A stretch of DNA of 56,628 nucleotides from Octopus bimaculoides (taxonomy: Eukaryota). Positions 43,101 through 56,243 of this stretch are shown piece after piece; position 1 is the first letter of the stretch, and every line of letters begins with the position of its first letter. The notes beneath the pieces were generated by a model that was given only the letters and a program-made list of their open reading frames with translations, was not told the DNA's origin and made no database searches. The position numbers and the translations under genes were made by a program. Location of the stretch: assembly GCF_001194135.2 (NCBI RefSeq), contig NC_069003.1, positions 35,542,729 to 35,599,356 on the forward strand, written 5' to 3'.

Positions 43101-44019
43101 ACTAGATTACAAAAAGACAATCACAATCTTTCAGGAAGACTAGAAACCGTAATATAAGCTAACTTAGCCCCTCTTTAGTACCTAGAACATTTTAGTTATT
43201 TTCCTTCGAGCAAAGAATCAGAGAAGTTTTGTAAATTTATGTAGCTGTGCAACTGATATTAGAAATATTTTAGCACCCTAAACTGCAATAAATAAGGGCA
43301 GATAGCATAGTAGGTAACCGTTAAAATAAAGTTACAATTTCTCTATGATCACTGAACTTAGCTCGTTTCTAAAACCAGCAATAATTACGATGGAGAGCAT
43401 GCTATCAAACATTACCATTGGCTCTACAAAGAGTAACTTCAAGAACAGTTAAATGAATCATAACTTCTGTTCCTGGAGTGAATAAAGATGCTACAGCATT
43501 ATCGATTATATATTAGAGTTAAGAGATAAATGTGATAATATTTGAAAATTAAATTGACAGTTGTGGATTAATAGTGAACTTTATATGAGCGGATCCGGAT
43601 ATTGGGAATTCTGTACTTGGAAAACATATCTTAACCGATTTAATGAACTCCATCATCAATATAAACATAGGCTCTGAAAATTTCGACAATGGGGTCAACA
43701 TTATTAAGTTACATTTATTCATTTTAACAGAATAATTGAAAAGATTAATTGTGCAATTTGCACTCAACGTAAATTGCGACATTAGCCGCATGTGTTTTAT
43801 ACCGGATGTATACAATATGCTGTTATGGAATATCGAATTAAACATTTGGCAACACATAATTTCCCTGGTTTAGTATTCCTGATCGTCTTTGATATATTTG
43901 AACACATTTGTTTTTGTTTATATATATCAAGATACTTACAAATGCTGGTGAACTTCGCTCCCCACAAACATGTATGCATACATACGTATGTGTTTATGAA
44001 TGCATGTGTGTGTGTGTGA

Positions 44020-44102
<83 letters not shown>

Positions 44103-44659
44103 TGTGTGTGTGTGTGCGCCAAAGTTTGAAACCAATATTAATAAGTAATATTTAAAACATAATTTTCTTATGTTGTCCTGAACATTTGCATTTGGAGGAA
44201 TTTTTAATATCGTTTCCAATGAGATCCTTAGACTACAGTATTCTTGTTAAGGTAGCTGTTATTGTCTGTGTAGTTTCCATATTTGAATACACAGACCATG
44301 AAGTTTAATAAACTTGAAATTGTTCACATGCCGGTTAATCTATGCTTCGTATTCTTCGCAATAAGGCTCATGTTACTCGAGACTTGCGCACACTTAAGAA
44401 AATCTGCATGCGATTACTTTTGGACATGTGATTAACAGTTTCAGGTTTGGCGGAATATATCACTCATATTTTTGAAAGTTTCTGTTCTTTCATCAAATGA
44501 AAGCAATCGATGGTGACAAGAAACCACAGAAGGATGGCAGTAAACGGTTTTTCAGGTTTGTCTGCCAAGGTCATGATGGTTACACTAAGCAGAAAAAAAA
44601 TGTGAATGAGGAGAACTGAGACAGAGTACGGGAGGTAGCCGCAGATTTTGTAGGGTGTG

Positions 44660-45015
44660 GATGCTTCTTTCCAATACCAGCGAAGAAGAAGTTAGATATG
44701 ACAATATGGTCTGAGGAACGCAAGATAATGCACCTTGTTGAATTAACGGTTTCACACGAAGACAATTTAGATGCAGTCTGGATTAGGCAGGATGAAGGTT
44801 ATGAGACGCTACTGGAAGACAGTACAGATGCTTGTTGGAGTGCAATGCACTTTCCTGTACAAGTTACAAGTCAGAAGTTTTATTGGGACCAGACTGAAAC
44901 AGTGGTTGCTATCAATTGGTGTCTAACATCAACAAGCAAACGCCATATTGAAGGAGAGCTATGCGATAGTTGAGAGCCAGCCATTGGATATGGCTGAAAA
45001 GACTTGATGAAACCT
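44660..45015 (+). mobile_element. REL-endonuclease LINE 3' fragment (HERO/R2-like)
   Basis: LDMTIWSEERKIMHLVELTVSHEDN..Y..L..W..FPVQV, then SHWIWLKR at 44975-45003. Confidence 0.8.
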
Positions 45016-45039
45016 AACTGGAATGGTGAAGATCCCAAA

Positions 45040-45215
45040 ATGGACTTGAGGTTGAATACTAGTCAAACGAAGCAGTAGGTTGGGATTCGCTTCAGTGAGC
45101 GGGGGCACACAGTACTCTGTAAAACCGCCATTCGAATAATGTGACCAGACCATCTCATTTGATTTTTGAAGATTATTGATTTAAGTGAACCGATGCCTGC
45201 AGATGCAGATGCAGG
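45040..45215 (-). mobile_element. RTE-clade LINE fragment
   Basis: IGSLKSIIFKNQMRWSGHIIRM matches the RTE post-RT motif QLRW.GHV.RM. Confidence 0.7.
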
Positions 45216-47074
45216 CATACATACATACATACATACATACATACATACATACATACATACATACATACGTATATCCCAAAGGAATAAAGGAAAAGTCAAT
45301 CTCACTGGGTGTGAATTCCATAGGTAAAGAATAGTAACCATTCCAGTTCTTTTCTAATTTTACAGTTTCTACTCTTTTGGTAATTATAATAATACATCGA
45401 CCTTACTCTTTTTAAAAGATACATGTGTTTTGAACTTTCTGGACGCGAGATACAAAAATATTGTAACTTCGAAAGTGAAATAAATTGTTTTACTATACAA
45501 ACCCGACTGATACAGAAAATTCCCACATGTGGCACACAAAGCTAAAGCTTTTGATTCACTATCAGTTACTGTTTAAATGATGACCTTCTGCAATCTTCAA
45601 TTTCGTCGAATATTAATGTATTGCTAATATATCTAAAGCCGCGCGGCAGCTCCACAAATATACTCCCTGAACAACGTCAAAATTGAATTGTTATTCGGGT
45701 GACGATAAAATGCAATCATCAGACGGTTGACAGACTTGCTGTTTCTTCTACAATTATTACAGTTGTTGCGCCTGTTAATTAGCAAACTGAATAGTGCGTT
45801 TGCCCAGTCATTTCCATTCCCATTACTCTTTATTTGTTTCACTTCCACATATATCGTGATCAACAGAGCCAAAAATCTCCCGCATTACGACCCTCCTCAA
45901 ATCTAACTTACAGATGTTCCAATTGGATGTCATCCGCAATAAACGCACAAGTCTGGGATGTTTACAAAGGTCAGGAGCAATGAGGGCGTTAAAAATGTCA
46001 TTTTAAATACCTTTGACCTATTAATACTCCATTCGATACGTTGCCGGCCTTTAAACATTTGAATATACAAACATGTATGTGTGTGCGTGTGTGAATGTAT
46101 ATACACTTACATACACACACACACATACATAAATACATATATACGCATGAGAATGTTGTTGCCACGAGCATTTGCACACATGTGTGGTTGAGTAACATAT
46201 GTAGTTGTCAAACAAAGGTCAGCTTTGTCTGACCTGAAACGTACTACGAGTCAATGTAAACGAAATTAATAGACCGGATAAGCTCTTACTTTTCTGTACA
46301 TTACCTTGCGCGAGAGTGTCTGTGCACGATTTCACACTCACACCCACCCACACGCACGGACACAGTCATACACTCACTCAATCACCTCCCACATATTTAC
46401 ACGAATGTAAAAATAAGAATATATATGTGTGTGAATATATATGTGTCTAGATCTTTCATACATACTCACCGTTTCTCTGATGACAGAAAGCCCAGTGTAC
46501 GGACATGCTAGCCTATTACTTGGGGTATTCCAAAAATAGCTGTTACACTTCAAATTCACCTTATCCTAATTAGACATTCTAAATGATTTAAGATACCTGC
46601 CCTGCCTTGGTTTTGTTGTGCCTTTTGTCACGCAGCGTCTCATTAATTCTACAACAGAATTGCATTAAGTTACATCTTATCTAAAGAGTATTATGCCATT
46701 TACACCCTAACTCAACGAATAGGTGGTTCTCTGGATCGAGCAAAGTGAATACACACTGTGGAAAATGTATATGTATATGTGCGCGTGTGTGTGTGTACGT
46801 GTGTGCACGTGTACATACAGGCATATACATACATGCATAGGCACACACATACACACACATATACGGGTGTACAACAAATATCAATATATTTCGGTATGTG
46901 TGTGCATCTATACGTATGTATATACATATATATATATATANNNNNNNNNNNNNNNNNNNNNNNNNNNNNNNNNNNNNNNNNNNNNNNNNNNNNNNNNNNN
47001 NNNNNNNNNNNNNNNNNNNNNNNNNNNNNNNNNNNNNNNNNNNNNNNNNNNNNNNNNNNNNNNNNNNNNNNNNN

Positions 47075-47138
<64 letters not shown>

Positions 47139-47799
47139 TATGCGTATTTGTAGAAGTTATGCGTCTTTGTAGATACACGTAAATGTTTGGGTGTATGGGT
47201 GTACGTATACGTGTGTGCGTATGTGAATGTGTTTTGTATGTGTGTGTGTGTATGTGTGCATGTGTGCGCGCGCGCGCGAGTGTGTGTGTGCGAGTGTGTG
47301 TGATGTGTCCCAGAAGTATGGGAGACTCAGTACTAAATATCCTGGTACGCCACCGCTAAGTATAGTTTGGGTAATGTTTTGATAACATATCTTCGTAAAT
47401 AAACTTCACATAAGTTATTGATTCCAGTGGGATAAGAACATACGTCAACCTTGACAAGATTAAAGTTGGTAATTGTAATTCTCTAAGCAGATCCTTTTGA
47501 CATAAGGTGTAGACTAGTGCAATGTCAATAAGCTATTGACTACTCAGCTTTCTGTTATCTTTATCTCCCGAAATAAGTTGCGTCTATTGGATTAGTTGTT
47601 AGGATTTCGAAAACGAGTTTAGCGCCAGTAACGGTGGGACAGTTTCATCTACTATTTGTTTATTGGACTGACAAAGACTGCTATTAACGTACAAACAATC
47701 ATAATATATAACTGTTATAATATTCAGTAGTGAAGCTCCATATTGTACTCACCAGTATACGCTCACATCCAAAGATAGTATCTATCTATCTATCTATCT

Positions 47800-47921
47800 A
47801 CGCAGGCATGGCCGTGCGATAACAAGTATGCTTCCCAACCACATGGTTCCGGGTTCAGTCCCACTGCATGGCATCTTGGGCAAATGTCTTTTACTATAAC
47901 CTTGGTCTGACAAAAGCCTCG
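47800..47921 (+). mobile_element. SINE family A head
   Basis: cgcaggcatggccgtgcg..accacatggttccgggttcagtcccactgc..ttgggcaaatgtc matches 55156. Confidence 0.85.
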
Positions 47922-47924
47922 TAC

Positions 47925-47967
<43 letters not shown>

Positions 47968-50029
47968 TATAATGCAACGACTTGTAACATTCTATTCTTT
48001 CTAAATCAAATCATGTTAAATTAATAAAACCTAGTCATTCCCAACGTTTTTGATTATCTCCCTTATACCGAAAAAAATCCCTGATTATCTTCTTCCCCTG
48101 TCTGGAACTCTATATTTCACGACATAGCGAAGCGATGACACAATATGNNNNNNNNNNNNNNNNNNNNNNNNNNNNNNNNNNNNNNNNNNNNNNNNNNNNN
48201 NNNNNNNNNNNNNNNNNNNNNNNNNNNNNNNNNNNNNNNNNNNNNNNNNNNNNNNNNNNNNNNNNNNNNNNNNNNNNNNNNNNNNNNNNNNNNNNNNNNN
48301 NNNNNNNNNNNNNNNNNNNNNNNNNNNNNNNNNNNNNNNNNNNNNNNNNNNNNNNNNNNNNNNNNNNNNNNNNNNNNNNNNNNNNNNNNNNNNNNNNNNN
48401 NNNNNNNNNNNNNNNNNNNNNNNNNNNNNNNNNNNNNNNNNNNNNNNNNNNNNNNNNNNNNNNNNNNTATATATATATATATATATATTATACGAAAAGT
48501 AATGAGCGTAAAGTTATATAATCGAACTGTTACCTAACACTCCATTGTATTCTTTACGCGAAACCGATTTCTAAGAGCAGCCGTGACGGATATTTAATAC
48601 TTTTCGGATAGTATACTCACTCTACTGACAGATATACGAGTTCATCTTTTCCCTGACTTATGCTCTCTTAGACGACTCACACACAAACACACACACACAC
48701 ACACATATATGAAGATATCTATGTAGCTTGCTAGCTACATAGATAGGTAGATACACACATTCACACCATATGATATTCACACTCATATGATATTTGAAAA
48801 GAGAGGGACATCATAAGGCACGGATTAGAATTTAAAGAGAAGAAAAGAAATTTACTATCAAAATGAAGACGCAGTTAAGAAAATCATCTCGTAGAACACC
48901 GTGTTGGAAAACTTTCAGTTCCATTGATGCAGATCTAATAACTTGCACATCATCGGTTACTCATTTTCTGCTCTGTTACTCATTAGCGGATTATTAGGAA
49001 GACACGTGAAGTCGAATCATGTTCAACATAACGAAGCTGATTAGACATCAATCATACAATTAATGAGTTAATTAATCACTCGTAACAGTGGGTGGGACTT
49101 CAGTAATGTATTTCCTAAATAGATGATGCGTTTCTTTGCTTGTCAAAGAAATATACAGCGAAACCGCGCGCGAAAAGAAAGAGGAGACAAAATACAAAAA
49201 GTAAGTACGAAACAGTTTCCTAATGAAGAAATTAGACACATAAGCTAATTTTTGAGAATATTTCTACCAAATAACATTCAAATTTTCACTATATTTATTT
49301 AATGTACCAAGAGTTGCATGGTCAGATGCAGAACTCAAATAAATTTAATCTATATTCCATATACCCTACTGTTAAGCATACCTTAATGCCCCTGCACCAG
49401 TCCGGGAGGTCCCGGCGGTGTTTGAAGAACCTACACTAAAACATACTATTCTTCTACCAATAGAAATTGCATGAAGAATCTGTTACATACTCTGTCAAAC
49501 ACATTACTATATAGGTGGCCCCTCATTGCCTAAAGTCGACAGTAACTCTGAAGTTGGTGTATTTACCAGATGCAAGCAAAATATATTCTGCAGTTTAGCA
49601 GAACAATCTCCCACTGTCATTGAATTTAAAATCTGTTGATGCTAGCCCTTGTTTGTTTGCGTGTGTGTTTGCGCGCGCGCGCGTGAAGCGGTAAATATGG
49701 GTGCATGTAGGTGTATTTGTATGTATGTGTGGGTGAGTGTTTGTCTGGAGGTGTGTGTACGTATGTGAGATTATGCGCGCGGATGTGAATATATATGAAT
49801 CTATGTATGTACGTATGTATATGTGTATGTGAGAGTGAGTGAGCGTACACACGCGTTTTCATAGATGAAATTCTGAATGTGTAGGGGTTACTGCTATGAG
49901 TTGATGAATAAAGATTCCAATCATGTTACATGTGTAAGATTATACCGCGTTTGTAATAAGTATGCGGAAAGCTCCCCTGAGATCCATGTTAATATTCATA
50001 ATCAGTTTCCTTATGTTCCCTTTATTACC

Positions 50030-50138
<109 letters not shown>

Positions 50139-50172
50139 TATACATGTGTGTATGTGTATATGTATATGTACA

Positions 50173-50206
<34 letters not shown>

Positions 50207-50560
50207 CAGGGTGGCAATAAAGTCCCTATACAGTTACTTATAATGACAATTAAGACAAAGCAATTAATCAACAGTCCAGAAATTTATTATTAAAAATAGT
50301 TCTGTTAATTTTGGTTAATAACAATAAAATGCTATGGTAAACAATAGCAAATGAATTACCGATACTATCGAATAGCAAGCCATCTGCTTCAATGCATTCC
50401 CTGCAGCGTTAGAGAACGCTTCGACAAAGTAACGACACAAATGGTTCTGACGGCTTAAGTTTGCAAATGCATCTGGAATAAATATTTCTCGGTTTCTTTT
50501 GCAAAATCGGAAACTTTGACAATTCCCCACATAGTGAAATCTATCGGGTTCAAGGAAGCC
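50207..50560 (-). mobile_element. Tc1/mariner-superfamily 3' fragment with TIR
   Basis: ta|cagggtggcaataaagtccc TIR at 50207. Minus-strand translation SLNPIDFTMWGIVK..(R)CRECIEADGLLF. Confidence 0.7.
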
Positions 50561-50661
50561 ACTCAACGCTACTACATCGTCCTAGCCATAGTCAAACTTG
50601 ACACTCACTTGGTGTCCTGAATGTTCAATTACCGTGGTTCAAATGAATCTTACGAATAATT

Positions 50662-50696
<35 letters not shown>

Positions 50697-50819
50697 TAAT
50701 TGATAGAGAGAGAAAGAGAGAGAGAGAGAGCGAAGGAGTAAGACTGAGAGAATGAGTGAGAAAGAGAACCCGACTAGAAATCGAAAAATCAAAAAATTGA
50801 TTGAGAACTATTGTTTCAG

Positions 50820-50847
50820 CATTCTTGCAAATGGCGTCCAATGAATG
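50820..50847 (+). other. Candidate 28-nt micro-exon
   Basis: Acceptor attgtttcag| and donor ATG|gtaaga. It contains ATG GCG TCC AAT GAA TG. Support comes from splice signals only. Confidence 0.3.
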
Positions 50848-51135
50848 GTAAGAAGTTAAAAATCATAAAAGTTAAAAATTGCGAAAATTTATTTCCTACA
50901 TATATGTCTGTGCTGACCAATAAGTGAATAAAATATATTCAAAGTTTGAATAGTAATTTTGACGCTCTCAATTTTAAGATCAGTATAGGAAACATTTGCA
51001 AATATGTAATTATATATTTGTAACATATTCTAGTTTTAGCTCACATCATGTATATGCATGGACACGGAGACGTACACGCACACAAACACGCATCCGGACA
51101 CACGTATAGATACATAGACATTTTTGTCAAATCTA

Positions 51136-51550
51136 CATTTGAAACGCTGTAACACTTGTTGGCCAGATAGAGTCACGTGGTACGCCATCAGCAGGCTGGG
51201 GTGTCGTCTGCTTCAGTGAACTGTTCCCCAGTCCTGTTAAAGTGAAGAAATGTCATGTCAAGGTAAGCGAACATTTGTTTGGCTCTCGATTTTTCTGCAA
51301 AATATCCATTGTAATATTTCGTGTGGTTTCTTACAAAAGTTTACATATTCTTTGCAGGCATGTTTATAGTTTCATGGTTTCAAATAAAAGTTCGCCCTAA
51401 TTGTATATCTTTATGCAAAATCCCGGAAATGTATTTTGGGAAACTTCTTTTGGACATTTATTTTTACTTATCAGAATTTTATACGAAAAATCACAAAAAG
51501 TAAGAAATCTTTTTTAACTCAAATATTAATGTGTTTTACGTGTAAAGATG
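51136..51550 (+). repeat. Tandem segmental repeat, copy 1 (exon-intron-exon-like core)
   Basis: About 410 bp core repeated at 54185 and 56244. It has ccag| at 51166, a 96-nt block at 51167-51262, gtaagc..tttgcag at 51263-51357, and AATAAA about 25 nt further on. Confidence 0.9.
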
Positions 51551-51827
51551 CACATGTATGCATGTATGTATGTATGCATTTACATACATACGTACATACA
51601 TACATACATACATACATACATACATTATACATACATGCATACATATATATATANNNNNNNNNNNNNNNNNNNNNNNNNNNNNNNNNNNNNNNNNNNNNNN
51701 NNNNNNNNNNNNNNNNNNNNNNNNNNNNNNNNNNNNNNNNNNNNNNNNNNNNNNNNNNNNNNNNNNNNNNNNNNNNNNNNNNNNNNNNNNNNNNNNNNNN
51801 NNNNNNNNNNNNNNNNNNNNNNNNNNN

Positions 51828-51867
<40 letters not shown>

Positions 51868-51872
51868 TAGAC

Positions 51873-51917
<45 letters not shown>

Positions 51918-52230
51918 TGCATATAAAGGTCACTGTTAAAATAGATAACATGTAATAAATAAAGGTTTACACTTTATAAATATTCTGCCTGAATTACGCA
52001 GTATTTCAGTCTGTTCTTTTGTTTCTGTTAATATTGTATTTTTGGCTCACTTGTTATCTTCACAATATCGTCTTCGAACAGTGAGAAACAATTAGGCATC
52101 ATTAAAGATATTTACAATTTCATAACAAATTTTTGTATGCGCACGTATTCTGCCTACATTCTTTCTATTACCTACACTCGAACATATACCTACATGCATA
52201 CATACATACATACATACATACATACATACA

Positions 52231-52262
<32 letters not shown>

Positions 52263-52341
52263 CACGCATAAACACATATATACATATGTTTGTATATACA
52301 CATGCATATATATGTACATACATATTTACATACATATTTAC

Positions 52342-52387
<46 letters not shown>

Positions 52388-52654
52388 GTATGTGTGTATG
52401 TATGTATGTATGTATGTATGTAAACAGTGTATTCGTTTGTGTGTGTGTATGGGTGGGAGAGAGAGAGAGAGAGGAAGAGAGAGAGGAAGAAAGAGAGGAA
52501 GAGAGAGAAGAAGAGAGAGAGGAAGAGAGAGAGGGAGAAGGGGAGAGGGGCAGGCAGGTACACAGCCAGTTAAACCGTCAGTTAGAGGGACAGTCATAGA
52601 GCCAGACAACTGGGGACAAGGAGTGAGACAATTATCTGCTATCCGGTGCCAAAA

Positions 52655-52834
52655 TGATTGCTTGCTTCCCAACCCCATGGTTCCAAGTTCAATCCCAATG
52701 CGTGGCACGTTGGGCAAATGTCTTGTACTGTAACTACGGGCCGACCAAAACCTTTTGAGTGGATTTGGTACAGAGAAACTGAAAGAACACCATCGTATAT
52801 ACACACACACACACAAACACGCATATACATATAT

Positions 52835-52915
<81 letters not shown>

Positions 52916-53140
52916 CAAAGACAGATAGATGAATAGATAGATGTTTTGATAGATAGATAGAAAGAGAGAGGGAGAGAGAGGGAGAGAGAGAGAGAGAGAT
53001 TTATGTGCGTGTGTTTTTGTGTTGGTGTTTGTCCCATACCACCTATTGATAACCGATGTTGCTGTGTTTACGTCCCTATAAGTAAGCGGTTCGGCCCTAA
53101 GAAGATGACAGAATAAATACTAGGCTTTTAGTAATATATT
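52655..53140 (+). mobile_element. SINE family A, old copy with expanded internal microsatellites
   Basis: The head (aaccccatggttccaagttcaatccc..ttgggcaaatgtc..gtggatttggt) and tail (gtttacgtccc..gcggttcgg) are separated by (AG)n and (ATAG)n. Confidence 0.8.
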
Positions 53141-53201
53141 GAAGGTATTGAGTGGATCTCACAGCAACTCACTTCAACACGTATGCTAATATACGCATGC
53201 A

Positions 53202-53829
53202 AATTGTTGTTGTTGGCACTCCGTCGCTTACGTCGTCGAAGGTTTCAGTTGATCCGATCAACGGAACAGCCTGCTCGTGAAATTAACGTGCAAGTGGATG
53301 AGCACTCCACAGACACGTGTACCCTTAACGTAGTTTTCGGGGATATTCAGCGTGACACAGTGTGACAAGGCTGGCCCCTTTGAATTACAGGCATAACAGA
53401 AACAGGAAGTAAGAGTGAGAGAATGTTGTGGTGGAAGAGTACAGCAGGGTTCACCACCATCCCCTGCCGGAGCCTCGTGGANNNNNNNNNNGATCAACGG
53501 AACAGCCTGCTCGTGAAATTAACGTGCAAGTGGATGAGCACTCCACAGACACGTGTACCCTTAACGTAGTTTTCGGGGATATTCAGCGTGACACAGTGTG
53601 ACAAGGCTGGCCCCTTTGAATTACAGGCATAACAGAAACAGGAAGTAAGAGTGAGAGAATGTTGTGGTGGAAGAGTACAGCAGGGTTCACCACCATCCCC
53701 TGCCGGAGCCTCGTGGAGCTTTAGGTGTTTTCGCTCAATAAACACTCACAACGCCCGGTCTGGGAATCGAAACCGCGATTCTATGACCGCGAATCCGCTG
53801 CCCTAACCACTGGGCCATTGCGTCACCAC
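53202..53829 (-). mobile_element. SINE family B, young insertion with 10-bp TSD (internal 226-bp duplication is an assembly artefact)
   Basis: TSD tacgcatgca at 53192-53201 and 53830-53839, (AAC)n tail, and box A/B head. 53256-53481 is repeated exactly at 53492-53717 across a 10-N gap. Confidence 0.9.
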
Positions 53830-54184
53830 TACGCATGCATATACGCATACGTAAAAGCGCACAATCACATATACATAGACACATGCACACGCACACGCAC
53901 ACGCGCATAGAACACAAACACATGCACACACACAAACATATACATAAGCACATACACACACATACATGCACATGCACTCACACACACACTAGCAAACGCA
54001 TGCACAAATAAATACGAATATATACCCAACCTGGCAGTAACTCACACGAACACACACGCTAACGCACGCATACATACGCACATACCTAAAAGTGAACAAT
54101 CACATATACATAGACACACGCACCCACGTACAAGCACATACATACATACACACGCACACAGACAAACGCGCGCGCGCTAGACTG

Positions 54185-54603
54185 CATTTGAAACGCTGTA
54201 ACACTTGTTGGCCAGATAGAGTCACGTGGTACGCCATCAGCAGGCTGGGGTGTCGTCTGCTTCAGTGAACTGTTCCCCAGTCCTGTTAAAGTGAAGAAAT
54301 GTCATGTCAAGGTAAGCGAACATTTGTTTGGCTCTCGATTTTTATGCAAAATGTCCATTGTATTGTTTCATGTGGTTTCTTCCAGAAGTTTACATATTCC
54401 TTGCAGGCATGTTTATAGTTTCATGGTTTCAAATAAAAGTTCGCCCTAATTGTATATCTTTATGTAAAATCCCGGAAATGTATTTTGGGAAACTTCTTTT
54501 GGACATTTATTTTTACTTATCAGAATTTTATACGAAAAAATCACAAAAAGAAAGAAATCTGTTTTAACTCAAATATTAATGTGTTTTACGTGTAAAGATG
54601 CAC
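54185..54603 (+). repeat. Tandem segmental repeat, copy 2
   Basis: 96-nt block at 54216-54311 and 95-nt intron-like segment at 54312-54406. Confidence 0.9.
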
Positions 54604-54665
54604 ATGCATGCATGTATGTATGTATGCATTTACATACATACGTACATACATACATATATTATACA

Positions 54666-54768
<103 letters not shown>

Positions 54769-55155
54769 ACTTGGGGATGGTCATATTGCCAGTTTAGCCA
54801 ATAAAAACACACGCACTGTATATTTGGTGTTAATTTGCTTCAGTGTATTCGTTTGTGTGTGTGTATGGGTGGGAGAGAGGGAGAGAGAGGAAGAGAGAGA
54901 GGAAGAGAGAGAGGAAGAAAGAGAGGAAGAGAGAGAGGGAGAAGGGGAGAGGGTACACGTGTCTGTGGAGTGCTCATCCACTTGCACGTTAATTTCACGA
55001 GCAGGCTGTTCCGTTGATCGGATCAACTGAAACCTTCGACGACGTAAGCGACGGAGTGCCAACAACAACAATAATCTTAATCTTATTTCGGCCAGAGTTC
55101 TTTCGTGTACATGCAGTAATTCATATATATGTACATACACATATATGTATACATA

Positions 55156-55580
55156 GGCGCAGGAGTGGCTGTGTGGTAAGCAGCATGCTTACTAACCACA
55201 TGGTTCTGGGTTCAGTCCCACTGCGGGACACCTTGGGCGAATGCCTTCTACTATAGCCTCGGGCCGACCAAAGCCTTGTGAGTAGATTTGGTAGACGGAA
55301 ACTGAAAGAAGCCAGTCGTTTATATATATATATAATATATATATGTGTGTGTGTGCGTGTATATATGTTTGTGTGTCTGTGTTTGTCCCCCTACCATCGC
55401 TTGACAATCGATGCTGTGTGTTTACGTCCCTGTAACATAGCGGTTCGGCAAAAGTAACCGATAGAATAAATACTAGGCTTACAAAGAATAAGTCCTGGGG
55501 TCGATTTGCTCGACTAAAGGCGGTGCTCCAGCATGGCCGCAGTCAAATGACTGAAACAAGTAAAAGAGAGTAAAAGAGAA
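55156..55580 (+). mobile_element. SINE family A, intact copy
   Basis: ggcgcaggagtggctgtgtggtaag (box A), gggttcagtccca (box B), a central domain, an internal (TA)/(TG) microsatellite, and a 3' tail ending gtaaaagagagtaaaagagaa. Confidence 0.92.
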
Positions 55581-55592
55581 TATATATATCTA

Positions 55593-55633
<41 letters not shown>

Positions 55634-55704
55634 CTATGTAAACAGTCTGTTCGCTTGTGTGTATATATGAGAGAGAGGAGAGAGGGGTAGATAGATGGAT
55701 AGAT

Positions 55705-55740
<36 letters not shown>

Positions 55741-56243
55741 GGATAGATAGATAGATAGATAGATAGATTTATGTACGTGTCTTTGTGTTGCTGTTTGTCC
55801 CATACCACAGCTTGACAACCGACGTTGCTGTGTTTACGTCCCTGTAATTAAGCGGTTCGGCCCTAGGAAGAAGACAGAATAAATATTAGGCTTTACTAAT
55901 GTATTGAAAGTATTGGGTGGATCTCACAGCAACTCACTCGAACACGTATGCTAACATACACATACATACACATATACGTAAAAGCGCACTATGACATATG
56001 CATAGACACACGCACACACACGCAGATGCAAACATATGCACAAACACATAGACACACACATACATGCACTCATACACACACACTAGCAAACGCATGCACA
56101 AATAAACACGAATATATACACAACCTGGCAGTAACACATACGAACACACACGCTAACGCACGCATACATACGAACATACGTAAAAGTGAACAATCACATA
56201 TACATAGACACACACACCCACGCACACACACACACACACACAT

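Noticed and set aside
51167-51220. SRLGC motif resembling 2Fe-2S ferredoxin SRLGCQ
   Set aside because: The surrounding residues do not match and a stop follows four codons later.
53256-53717. Exact 226-bp direct repeat within SINE-B
   Set aside because: The two copies are identical and sit either side of a 10-N gap, the signature of unmerged overlapping contig ends.
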